Positions 37,713 through 46,785 of a stretch of DNA of 64,000 nucleotides are shown one piece after another; the stretch's first letter is position 1, and each line of letters opens with the position of its first letter. Location: positions 3,153-67,152 of the IMG/VR virus record IMGVR_UViG_3300028832_000140; one strand, 5' to 3'. The notes under the pieces were generated by a model. It was not told the origin of the DNA. It searched no databases and worked only from the letters and a program-made list of their open reading frames with translations. Position numbers and translations under genes: made by a program. The stretch is from a virus. Lineage: Duplodnaviria > Caudoviricetes.

Positions 37713-38204
37713 ATGTCTGTAACTGTTACGAAGGCGTGGACGGCGAAGCCGTTCGTGTGGCATACTGACAAGGACAGGACGCACGCGCTAGTGTGGAGTT
37801 CTACTCTGTATCTTGAAATCCGTGAAGTCAACGGAAAGAAGCGTAACGTGATGGTTCACTTCAAGGGACGAGATGACGAGGCCGGTTCCAAGTGCTACCG
37901 CTGCGACGGCCTATCCGTGCCGAAAATGTTCCGTTGGTTTCTGCCGGATTGGGACGAAAAGAACCAGCTCTACAACCTCGCCGGCGCACTTCACGACTGG
38001 CTCTACGCATCGGAGGGTAACTACTGCATGTTCAGCCGTTCGGAATGTGACGACATGTTCCGCGGCATACTGCGAGAGTCCGGTCAGAGCCGTTTCAAGG
38101 CCGGAACGGCGGACTACATGGTCGGCCTGTTCGCAGGTAACGGACATCACTGGGGAAACGACAACTACAATATCGCGGACACGGTGAAGATGGAGTTCGT
38201 GTAG
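37713..38204 (+). CDS. DUF1353-like protein
   Basis: DGLSVP..AGALHDWLY..R.ECDDMF pattern. Confidence 0.7.
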   Translation: MSVTVTKAWTAKPFVWHTDKDRTHALVWSSTLYLEIREVNGKKRNVMVHFKGRDDEAGSKCYRCDGLSVPKMFRWFLPDWDEKNQLYNLAGALHDWLYASEGNYCMFSRSECDDMFRGILRESGQSRFKAGTADYMVGLFAGNGHHWGNDNYNIADTVKMEFV

Positions 38205-38355
38205 CCCGTTATTTATTCATTCGGACGAAGGGATTTGACGCCATGTCGCGGAAAGAAGGGATCCGCGGCGTGAGCTTTGAAAAAAGACATTAGAGGGCCG
38301 ACTCGGGAAACACCCGATAGGCATTACATAACACCAATCGAAAGGAGATAATAAG

Positions 38356-38874
38356 ATGGTGTATCAAGAAGACAAGGAATACGCCTCCAAGGGCGTAGGC
38401 ACTGCCGGTCTTACCACCGGCATCATCGGTACCGTCGGTACCGCAATCGCGACCGGCCTGCTCGGTGGCAACGGCCTCGGCGGTCTCTTCGGAGGCAACC
38501 AGAACCCTGCCGCAAGCCCGGTCTACCAGCTCGCACAGAAGGACAACGAAATCGCCCTCCTGAAGGCGCAGCAGTATTCCGACGGCAAGGTGGTCGCCCT
38601 CATGGAACGCGTCGCGAACCTCGAAGCCCGCGTGCTCGCCGACGAGAAGACGGACCCGCTGCGCGACCAGATTCTCGGCGACCGCATCGCAGGCCTCTCC
38701 GCCATTGTGAACCGCATCAGCGCCCCGTTCGTACCGAACTGGGCCGTGGCTCCGGGCTGGGGGCCTGCTTTCGTGTCCCCGTTTCCGCCCGTCCCTCCCG
38801 TCGCCGCCGGTAGCGGAACCGTCACCCCGACTCCCACTACCACAAGCACGACCGCAGCGTCGCAGGCCGCGTAA
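38356..38874 (+). CDS. Hypothetical phage protein
   Basis: GAAAGGAG RBS; Gly-rich hydrophobic N-terminus. Confidence 0.75.
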   Translation: MVYQEDKEYASKGVGTAGLTTGIIGTVGTAIATGLLGGNGLGGLFGGNQNPAASPVYQLAQKDNEIALLKAQQYSDGKVVALMERVANLEARVLADEKTDPLRDQILGDRIAGLSAIVNRISAPFVPNWAVAPGWGPAFVSPFPPVPPVAAGSGTVTPTPTTTSTTAASQAA

Positions 38875-38889
38875 GAAGAGAGGTAGCGC

Positions 38890-39219
38890 ATGACTATCTC
38901 CCTTGAACAGGCACTCAACGGGGTAGCCTCGTTCGTAGAGAACGACATGCTCCCGAAGATGCCTAACGGCTTGAAGAAGCTGGCGACCGTCATGGCGGTG
39001 GAAACTGTCAAGAAGGCCCCTGCCGTCATCGCGAAGCCCTACGAGGGGTTCTTCAAGATGGTGGGCGTGCTTTCCGAGGACGGTTCTTCTGTCGATATGG
39101 ACATGCTGTCCGGCCACCTGAAGAACGCCTTCTCCAAGGTTCCGTCCGTGGACCTGTGGGGATTCACCTTCGAACCGTCCGACGCCGACAGGCTCGTGAC
39201 GCGCATGGGAGGCGTGTAA
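38890..39219 (+). CDS. Hypothetical phage protein
   Basis: GAGG RBS; coupled to neighbours. Confidence 0.7.
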   Translation: MTISLEQALNGVASFVENDMLPKMPNGLKKLATVMAVETVKKAPAVIAKPYEGFFKMVGVLSEDGSSVDMDMLSGHLKNAFSKVPSVDLWGFTFEPSDADRLVTRMGGV

Positions 39220-39410
39220 TGATGGACGAACGCATGAAGAAGGTGCTGGAACGCACCAAGGAAACGCTGACGCGCCACCTGGAAGACCTCAACGACCAGG
39301 TAGACGTGAACAACGGCCGTATCAAGGATCACATGGTTCTTGACGGCATCAAGGACTCCCTGAAGAGTGTGAGGTGCTGTCTCGAACTGGAGGCCATGGC
39401 TACCAAGTAG
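39219..39410 (+). CDS. Hypothetical phage protein
   Basis: TAATG overlap, start 39219. Confidence 0.65.
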   Translation: MMDERMKKVLERTKETLTRHLEDLNDQVDVNNGRIKDHMVLDGIKDSLKSVRCCLELEAMATK

Positions 39411-39426
39411 CCTTCGGTACGGCAAG

Positions 39427-39461
39427 AAAAAGGACGGTTCCCGGTTTCGGGAGCCGTCTTT
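39427..39461. terminator. Terminator between convergent late and early blocks
   Basis: aaaaa-ggacggttcccg-gttt-cgggagccgtct-tt. Confidence 0.8.
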
Positions 39462-39487
39462 AGTTTTGTTCCTGAAGAACGAAAGAA

Positions 39488-39682
39488 TTACTCGCTCAAC
39501 TTTATTCCTTTTATGAAATTTTCGAACTTCTCGTAATCGAAATCTTGACTATCGTAGCACATTTCGGAGTCGTCCTTGAAGGGGCATTTCGAGCATGTAT
39601 CCTTGCCTGATATTGAACCGTAGAAGTTGCACATTCCGCACCATATTTGTGTGAGGTATAGTTTTCTTTGTTCATCGCTCAT
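39488..39682 (-). CDS. Small Cys-containing protein
   Basis: Start MSDEQRK at 39682 after AGGAGG. Confidence 0.55.
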   Translation of the reverse strand: MSDEQRKLYLTQIWCGMCNFYGSISGKDTCSKCPFKDDSEMCYDSQDFDYEKFENFIKGIKLSE

Positions 39683-39693
39683 GTTCGCCCCTC

Positions 39694-39897
39694 CTACGTG
39701 TCGATCGCGATGCGGAACGTATGCAATTTGCCGTCGTTGCCGTGTAGCGTCTTCACCATGATGATTTGGAGGTATGCCGGAATGTGCGTCCACGTGCGCT
39801 CGCCCTGCGGCAAGTCGTAATAGCCCGTGTTTCCGATGCGTTCCTTGAATTCGTCCTCGTCAACCGTCCTGCTGTCAACCGTGTATAGTATGCTCAT
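39694..39897 (-). CDS. Hypothetical protein
   Basis: ORF with GGGGA RBS. Confidence 0.55.
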   Translation of the reverse strand: MSILYTVDSRTVDEDEFKERIGNTGYYDLPQGERTWTHIPAYLQIIMVKTLHGNDGKLHTFRIAIDT

Positions 39898-40000
39898 GTT
39901 ATTATCCCCTTTTAAGAATGTTGCGGCGTGGCGGACCCATCCGCCCGTTTTGGCTCGCTTTCGCTGTCGTGTGGTCCCATGTTTGGCGCCGCCGTAATGG

Positions 40001-40318
40001 TTAGCGGTTGGAGTTCCTTGGGCCGCGGGGGAGTCCCTTGTCTGCTCTAGGAGCCTTGTTCGGCGAACCCTTCGGCCTGCCGCCCTTGCGCCCGTTCTCG
40101 GCGCTGGTGCGCTTCTTCAGCTCGCTCTCGGCTTCCGGCTTTCGTTCCTTCGGCGGCCTGTGCTTTTTCCCGATGTCGGAACGCGGAACGCTGTTCTTCG
40201 ACCCCTTCTGGCGACCGGCGAACGACTTTACTAGACCTTCGGCTACGGCCTGCTTGATGACCGAGGCCACCTCGTCTGGAGAGAATTCGTTGCCGCAATG
40301 CGGACACTTGATTGGCAT
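40001..40318 (-). CDS. Zn-ribbon plus AT-hook-like basic protein
   Basis: KCPHCG, GRQKGS, ENGRKGGRPKGS; upstream TTGACG-17-TATATT. Confidence 0.6.
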   Translation of the reverse strand: MPIKCPHCGNEFSPDEVASVIKQAVAEGLVKSFAGRQKGSKNSVPRSDIGKKHRPPKERKPEAESELKKRTSAENGRKGGRPKGSPNKAPRADKGLPRGPRNSNR

Positions 40319-40374
40319 AAATGAACCTACTTTTTGAAACCAATATAGATTAGGCGTCGGATGCCGTCAAGCGT

Positions 40375-40782
40375 CTAGTATTCGCACTGCGTGAGCATCA
40401 GGTAGCCTTCCGGGTGATTGCGGGTGTACATCTTCTGGACGTGTTCAAGGACATAATCGCATTCCTCGTCGGTGAGCGAGACCGTCTCGCCGTCCTCTCC
40501 GCGGTTGACTACCAAAAGAGAGCCGACGAGCTGCGCACTTCCGAGGTTGTCAATCGCGGAAATCTTGGCGTTCATCTTGAACGTACCCTCGTCGTCGCAC
40601 ACGATGTCGAAGCGCCTGCGGCTCCTGCCGTGGCCGATTTCACGGGACACGATGTCGATGCAGTCGCAGTGGAGCATTTCGTAGTATTTCTGGAGCTTGC
40701 ATTCGAACTCCACGACGTCGGCCTTGTCGTTCTCGATGTCGATGAGTACGCCCTTGATGGTTTCTGTCTTTTCGTTTTCCAT
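40375..40782 (-). CDS. DUF3846-like protein
   Basis: YEMLHCDCIDIV..IVCDDEG..LVGSLLV..SLTDEE. Confidence 0.6.
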   Translation of the reverse strand: MENEKTETIKGVLIDIENDKADVVEFECKLQKYYEMLHCDCIDIVSREIGHGRSRRRFDIVCDDEGTFKMNAKISAIDNLGSAQLVGSLLVVNRGEDGETVSLTDEECDYVLEHVQKMYTRNHPEGYLMLTQCEY

Positions 40783-41445
40783 AGTGATGTCTCCTATGCT
40801 CTTGTAACGTTGATGATTAGCAACAGCCAAAACAAGCATCGAATCCGACGATAATCTTCTTTACGCTTTCCTTGACGTCTTCGATAGTGCCGCTAAGTCG
40901 GTCGGTCCATGACGATTTAAATTGCTGGCTGTAGCAAACGAACCAGTGGTTTTCTCTGTCGCCAGCAGGCTGAATGCTGGCTTCGGTGTGTTCTGACCTG
41001 ATGACGATTTCACGGATTTCACCGGTCTTTTCGCTGTAAAAAACGATTTCTTTCATGGTTTACTCCTTGTCAAAGATTTCCAAAAGATCTTTTTCGCACT
41101 TGAATTCGGTTTCGTGCGTTTTCTCGTTGAGTACTCCTACAACATTGAATTCGCTACCGTCTGCGACTTTAGAACATTCGTCATAAGGGCAATCGGTATC
41201 AATAGTTCCGCCATTAAGAATATCGGTGCGGTAGTAAATTTTTCTGTTTTCGAGGAATTTTCTACCGCAATGCTTGCAAGTAACTTCTATCGTGAACCTC
41301 ATTTTGAACCTCTCTTTTTCGTTGTTTACGAAATAAATATACCTAAACAATAAATAAAAATCAATAGGTTTATTTTAAAAAGTGTGTAAAAAAAATACGG
41401 GACCGTGAAAGGCTCCGTATTTCCATAGATTATATAGTGGGGCAG

Positions 41446-42513
41446 CTAGATTTCGGGTATGGCGTCTACCGCCTTCTTCCGGCCTTCGTCCAGCACCTTG
41501 GCGTAAATCTGCGTGGTCGTAATCTTCGTGTGGCCGAGCAATTTTGAAACAGTGAACAGCGGCGCCCCGTTGGCGAGCGCAAGGGTTGCGAACGTATGCC
41601 TTGCCACGTGGAACGACACGTGCTTTTTTATTCCAGCCCTTGCCGCCCACTCCCTTATCTTGGCGTTATGCCACGCCTCGCATGTGGGGAAGTCGTGGAA
41701 CACCTTCTCGGAGTCGTTCTCCCGAAGGAACTTCTGGGCATTCTTGCCGATTGGCACCTGCACGAACTCCTTGGTTTTCTGCTGACGCAAAAAAATTACG
41801 CCGTTCCTGATGTCGGTCCACTTCAGCGCCTTGATGTCAGACAGGCGCAGCCCCGTGAAGCACGAGAAAAGGAACGGGTAGCTGATGCGAGGCTCGCACG
41901 GAGTTTCCTTCATTGCCGCAAGTTCCTCTATTGTCAGGAAGCATCTTTCGCCTGCCACCTTCGAAGGGACGAGACCCGAGAAGTCGGGAACCATCGTTAT
42001 GATCCCGTCGAGTTTCGCCTTGTGCAGAATCGTCTTGAGTACGTTCGTCTTCGTGAGGATAGTGTTGTCGGCGTACCCCTTCGTGTCGCGCATCCACTCC
42101 ACTAGACGGCCGTAGAAGGCGCGGTTTATGTCTACCAGACGCGCGTGCCTGGAGAATTCCTTGAAGTTGGCTATCAGTTCCAGGCGCGAATGTCGGGTGC
42201 CTTCCGTGCGGCATGTAGCGGATTCCTTGAGCGCGTAATCTATGAACATCACGCTGTGGTCGGATTCGCGGACGAATACGCCGAGGTCGGCCTCGTCGAG
42301 TTCGCGCGATTTCTTGCGGGCGTATTCTTCTGCCATTGCGAGCGTGTTGGAATTTGCTATCTTTATGCGTGCCGACGTGCCTGGGTTCAGGTACAGGTTC
42401 AGCGGCTCCCGGATGCGTTTCCCGTCGATCCGGTAGTTGATGAAAAGCGACTCGCTGCCGTCCTTGAGCTTGCGCCTGAAGACGGTGACGCGCTGGCGCG
42501 TGACCGAGACCAT
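41446..42513 (-). CDS. int: Tyrosine integrase
   Basis: FTGLRLSD, HVARHTFAT, LGHTKITTTQIY; likely start ATG 42513. Confidence 0.95.
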   Translation of the reverse strand: MVSVTRQRVTVFRRKLKDGSESLFINYRIDGKRIREPLNLYLNPGTSARIKIANSNTLAMAEEYARKKSRELDEADLGVFVRESDHSVMFIDYALKESATCRTEGTRHSRLELIANFKEFSRHARLVDINRAFYGRLVEWMRDTKGYADNTILTKTNVLKTILHKAKLDGIITMVPDFSGLVPSKVAGERCFLTIEELAAMKETPCEPRISYPFLFSCFTGLRLSDIKALKWTDIRNGVIFLRQQKTKEFVQVPIGKNAQKFLRENDSEKVFHDFPTCEAWHNAKIREWAARAGIKKHVSFHVARHTFATLALANGAPLFTVSKLLGHTKITTTQIYAKVLDEGRKKAVDAIPEI

Positions 42514-42860
42514 AGTGACTACTCCTCGTCTTGAGAATTGCAAGTGACCAAGACGCGCCCAAGATAGAAAAAAGGACGCACCGAAATGTGAGCGGATAGT
42601 CCCGAAGTCCCGGTTTCGACGCCATCGTTTTACGGAACGATACGTTTGAATTCGGTTTGTTCCGTGCGTAGTGCCAAGAGTCCCTTTGGCACTATAAAGC
42701 AAGAAAAAACGGCTGCAATCCCAATAACTACGCGGGTTGCATCCGTTTTTCTTTTTATACTGATTCGGTCTCGCGTGACCAAAAAGTGACTAAAAATGAA
42801 TTTTCTTTAATTTCTTGGCTCGTTTCGTTACGAATAGTACCTTGTAAATGCAGTCACGCA
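42500..42860. other. Probable attP with arm-type repeats
   Basis: GTGAC(C/T) repeats at 42500, 42515, 42544, 42775, 42786 beside the integrase start. Confidence 0.5.
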
Positions 42861-42928
42861 TTATCTAGACGCAGAAAAACCCGCCGGAAACTCCGACGGG
42901 GTCTTTGCTTTGTGGGGTGGAGGAATTT

Positions 42929-43408
42929 CTATTCAAGTCCGAGGTAGTCTGCGGTAGGCTCGTGCCACTCGGTATCGTCCCACTTGCGGACAACTATCCA
43001 CGACCCGTCATCAGCCCTTTTTAAAGCCTTGTCACATTCTTCGTCAGCTAATTCTTTTTCATAAAGATGCGAGGAGAAAACAAGATGGTCAATATCACTT
43101 TCGCTTTTTGATTTAAAGGTCATTTCGCCGTTCCCTTTAATCAACCATTTAGCCAACTCCCTGTTCGTAACCATACGCGGCTCCGGTTTCGGATTCGGTT
43201 CTTCGGGTATCTCGGCGCAGTACAAATAATTGTTCTCTAAACGGCCACATTCATCTATCGTTGTCACAGGGAACCCAACACCAGGAAGAATTGCGGCTAC
43301 GATACATTCTTTTTTGTTTGCGTCGTTATCCCAAACGACCATTTTCTTCGGCGGATCAAAAACCTGCGGCTCCGTTATTTCTTTGAGTTCAATTCCGTTG
43401 TACTGCAT
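42929..43408 (-). CDS. Hypothetical phage protein
   Basis: Start MQYNGIELKEI at 43408 after AGGAG. Confidence 0.65.
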   Translation of the reverse strand: MQYNGIELKEITEPQVFDPPKKMVVWDNDANKKECIVAAILPGVGFPVTTIDECGRLENNYLYCAEIPEEPNPKPEPRMVTNRELAKWLIKGNGEMTFKSKSESDIDHLVFSSHLYEKELADEECDKALKRADDGSWIVVRKWDDTEWHEPTADYLGLE

Positions 43409-43410
43409 TT

Positions 43411-44613
43411 TTATTCTCCTGCCTTGAAGTTGTAAATGGGCTTGATAATCTTCACTATTTCTGCCGTGTCCTTGATGTTCTCGACGATTTCTTCCATCGG
43501 CTTGTATGCCATGGGTGATTCGTCGATAGTGCTTGAGCTGACGCACGTCGTGTAGATTCCTTCCATGGAAGACTTGAAATCGTCTATTTTCAGCATTTCC
43601 TTGGCCTTTGAGCGCGACATTATGCGACCAGCTCCATGAGGACCAGAGAAGTTCCATTCGGGGTTCCCCTTGCCCTTTACGATAAGCGAGCCGTCCCTCA
43701 TGTTCATAGGGATAATGGCCTCTTCGTCCTTTTGCAAGGAAATGGAGCCCTTGCGGAGAATATTGTTTCTTATGTCGATGTAATTGTGCTTCGTGGTAAA
43801 GCTATCGAGTATGCAGCCTTTAGGAATACCCATTGATTCGATAACCGTATCCATCATCGCTTCACGGTTAAAGTGTGCGAATGATTGCCCAATCCACATG
43901 TCGTTTATGTAATCGGCGAAGTAATCGCCTTCGAGGTACGCCAGCTCGTTAGGGACGGGGGCCTTTGTCTCGTGGAACGCCTTCAGTTCCTTTTCTATGT
44001 CAGAAGTACGGCCTTCGGCCTTGCAACGGGCAATGATTTCCTTTTCCTTGTCCCTGCCCGCGCTGTGGTACTGGATGGCGCGTTTCTGGTGGAAGTTGCA
44101 GACCTCTACTCCGAGGTGACGGGAACCCGAATGGATCACGATATAGTAGTTGCCTTCGTCGTCAACGTCGACTTCGCCGAAATGGTTGCCGCCGCCAAGG
44201 GTGCCGATTGAAAGCTTGAGCTTTTCGGCGTCGACGGGGGTTACTAGTTTTTCGAATTCGACATAATCGGCATAGGCGTGCTTCTTTTCCCTGTGGTTCA
44301 TTCCTGACGGGATTTCTTCGTGCCAGATGCGGTCCATCTTCTGCAAGTCCATCTTGAACGACTTGTCAATCTTTACAACAAGCATACCGCAATTTATGTC
44401 CACCCCGACCAGGTTGGGAACGACCTTGTCTACAAGTTTCATCGTCAAACCGATTACACAACCCGCTCCGGCGTGGCAATCGGGCATGACGGCGAACTTT
44501 GAACCTTCGGCGAACTTCTGGTTCATGAGGTTTAGAATCTGCTTGTAGGCAGCCTCTTCCAGGTTATCCGTGTATACTTTAGCGACGTTGTATTTTCCTT
44601 TAATTTCAATCAT
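43411..44613 (-). CDS. rtcB: RtcB-family RNA ligase
   Basis: MPDCHAG, GVDINCG, GTLGGGNHF, IHSGSR, HNY, HGAGR, DESPMAYK. Confidence 0.95.
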   Translation of the reverse strand: MIEIKGKYNVAKVYTDNLEEAAYKQILNLMNQKFAEGSKFAVMPDCHAGAGCVIGLTMKLVDKVVPNLVGVDINCGMLVVKIDKSFKMDLQKMDRIWHEEIPSGMNHREKKHAYADYVEFEKLVTPVDAEKLKLSIGTLGGGNHFGEVDVDDEGNYYIVIHSGSRHLGVEVCNFHQKRAIQYHSAGRDKEKEIIARCKAEGRTSDIEKELKAFHETKAPVPNELAYLEGDYFADYINDMWIGQSFAHFNREAMMDTVIESMGIPKGCILDSFTTKHNYIDIRNNILRKGSISLQKDEEAIIPMNMRDGSLIVKGKGNPEWNFSGPHGAGRIMSRSKAKEMLKIDDFKSSMEGIYTTCVSSSTIDESPMAYKPMEEIVENIKDTAEIVKIIKPIYNFKAGE

Positions 44614-44884
44614 TCGTTATCCCTCTCAAATTCATCGTACAGTTCGATCCTCTTCTGCATGGAAAGCCTCTTCGCCATCCTTTTCCACAGGTAGAACCAG
44701 TTCTTTACGACCATCGGCATGAAGCACGTGTCGCATACTCGGTGAAGTCTCGGTTCATCAGGAGAGTCTTCCATGCAAATATATTCGGCTCCGCAATTGT
44801 CGCACTTTACGATAATACAACATTTGCCACCGATTCTGACGACGTTCGAAAATCCTCTGTAGTCCAGGTTCATAATAATCAATC

Positions 44885-45805
44885 CTATTCAGAAATGATC
44901 TTCTTGTTTCTGTACCAACTTCCTGCGATAAGTCCGTCGGGATGCACTACGATTTCACGTAGAATCTTGTCGTCCTCGGTGCCTTCGAGGTCGTGCAGCA
45001 GCTTCATGTTGGAATGGGACAGCGTAATGTTCAAGCCCTTGTAGTTCCATGTCTCGTAGACGTAGTAGTCCTTGAGCACTTGTTCGACGAGCGTGGAGTT
45101 GTCGTAGAGGAAGTGCTTGAGCTGCTGGTACAAGTCATCCGTCGGCGCATTGTCGGTCACGTTAATGAGCCTACGGAAGCTGAGGTCGTCGATGTAGCCA
45201 TTGTAATGGTCGATGTAGTCCTTTATTTCTTCGACAGACTGCAATCCATGCGGATGAAGTACGCACTGAAGCCGGATCTTTGTGTTCGGATGCTTTGCAC
45301 GGTACTTGTCGAGCATGTCGATGTCGAGATCGCCGAAGCCAGTGTAGTCGTCGGAGCCTACCTTGTGGCGAGAGATGTTGACCCAGTCCGGATCGAGCAG
45401 GCTGTCAATAGTCTTGCTGAAGTTCGTGTTGATGTTAAGGAATACCTTGTAGTTGCCTTTCAGGAAATCCACGACATTGCCAGTGATGGGGCTGATAGAC
45501 GGTTCGCCTCCAGTGATGCTCACGGTGGCCAGATGGCCTTGGCTATCGAGTTCGGCAATCAACCGCTTCAAGTTAGCCATCATCTTGATGGGGTCGTCCT
45601 TGATGTGACTTTCCTTCTCGATGCAGAACGGACAGTGAGCGTTGCAGCGGTCGGTAATCTTGATGTGGACGTGCTTCATCCAGAAGTCGTCCATGATGCG
45701 CCACGGCTTGTCGAACAGAGTGACAGGAGTGTCGTAGAGCTTCTCGTTACTTTCAAGCACTGGGTTGAACGAGTAGTTATTTATGTCATGAATTTCTTGA
45801 ATCAT
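44885..45805 (-). CDS. Radical SAM protein
   Basis: CNAHCPFC, SITGGEPS, NTN; start ATG 45805. Confidence 0.88.
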   Translation of the reverse strand: MIQEIHDINNYSFNPVLESNEKLYDTPVTLFDKPWRIMDDFWMKHVHIKITDRCNAHCPFCIEKESHIKDDPIKMMANLKRLIAELDSQGHLATVSITGGEPSISPITGNVVDFLKGNYKVFLNINTNFSKTIDSLLDPDWVNISRHKVGSDDYTGFGDLDIDMLDKYRAKHPNTKIRLQCVLHPHGLQSVEEIKDYIDHYNGYIDDLSFRRLINVTDNAPTDDLYQQLKHFLYDNSTLVEQVLKDYYVYETWNYKGLNITLSHSNMKLLHDLEGTEDDKILREIVVHPDGLIAGSWYRNKKIISE

Positions 45806-45991
45806 TTCTTCACCACCTTCTGCACCTTCTTTATCAACTCCTCGGCCTCGGCAATCTGCACGATGACCTTCTCGCGGCGCTCGCCATTCCTGCACATGTA
45901 CGAACGGTCGTACAGCTTGTGCTGGTGCTCGATGAGCGATTCCAGCATCAGTTGAAAATCTTGCGTCGTGAACGTCACTTGTTCCATGCGT

Positions 45992-46369
45992 CTATTCCTT
46001 GCGAAATTTTCGGACAACGGCTTTCTTGTCTTCTTCCGTGTATGAACATTTTTCTGTAAAGAGCTTGGCATATTCTCCTTTACCCAATTGAGTTATAACG
46101 TGCTCGAACAGATTGAAGTTTACCTTCGGGTTAGGAACTGCAAACAAACTATATTCATCAATCCTTACGACGTATTCCGCTATTTCGGAAGGGTCTACTG
46201 TCTGCTCCGCAATGGGCCTAGGTTCTCTTGCCTTGCAATCTTCCTTCGGACATAGTCTACACGCGGAAGTGTTGTGGTAATAGTAGCACATCAGGTTTTC
46301 CTTCACGTAACCAGGAGCGTCTTTTACAAAATCGAGGAATTTTTCAAATCTTTTATCAAGTTCAGTCAT
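45992..46369 (-). CDS. Hypothetical protein
   Basis: ORF with AAGGAAGG RBS. Confidence 0.6.
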   Translation of the reverse strand: MTELDKRFEKFLDFVKDAPGYVKENLMCYYYHNTSACRLCPKEDCKAREPRPIAEQTVDPSEIAEYVVRIDEYSLFAVPNPKVNFNLFEHVITQLGKGEYAKLFTEKCSYTEEDKKAVVRKFRKE

Positions 46370-46500
46370 GGCTAAAGTCCTTCCTTAAAAAAAGGTTGTA
46401 CTGTCTGTTCGCGTCCATCGTAGGTGTCAACGGCTCCGTTCCGGTCTTTTCTGAATCTACCTTGTTATCGGGGTTTGCGTGCTTGGTAGGAGCCATGGAG

Positions 46501-46785
46501 CTATACGGCCATCCGTAGTTCTTCGATGGGCGTCACGCGGTGCGATTCCATGTACGCGTCCAAGTCCTTGCGGCGGAACTTGATGAACTTGCCGTCCTTG
46601 ATGTAGGGTATTTCGCGTGCGCGGACACGGTCTTTAAGGGAGCGTGCCGTAGTCTTGAGGTAGTCTACTGCCTGGTCGAAAGAGAGGTAAGGCTCGGCTG
46701 GGTGCAGCATCGCTTCCATGGCTTTGAGGATGGATTCTTTCATCTTCTCAAGGTCGTTGCATGTCACGAGTTCGCTAGGTGTCAT
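46501..46785 (-). CDS. Excisionase-like HTH (HTH_17/MerR-like)
   Basis: YLSFDQAVDYL..IPYIKDGKFIKFRRKDLDAYM. Confidence 0.8.
   Translation of the reverse strand: MTPSELVTCNDLEKMKESILKAMEAMLHPAEPYLSFDQAVDYLKTTARSLKDRVRAREIPYIKDGKFIKFRRKDLDAYMESHRVTPIEELRMAV

Larger units (their letters stand above)
3954..38220 (+). promoter_or_regulatory. Dispersed TTTATTCAT motif, 15 copies, candidate late promoter
   Basis: Exact copies starting at 3954, 4756, 6705, 8505, 9495, 10183, 13145, 14690, 14735, 17287, 20374, 22002, 26671, 37145, 38212; all intergenic, plus strand, upstream of late genes. Confidence 0.8.

Noticed and set aside
3954-38220. TTTATTCAT read as minus-strand ATGAATAAA (Met-Asn-Lys) starts, or as integron/shufflon sites
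   Set aside because: Downstream minus ORFs are antisense shadows of real genes; no GTTRRRY/attC palindromes or inverted orientation are seen
42514-42702. N-terminal extension of the integrase ORF
   Set aside because: Falls in the attP-like repeat region; the integrase domain starts at MVSVTRQR (42513) with a GAGGAG RBS
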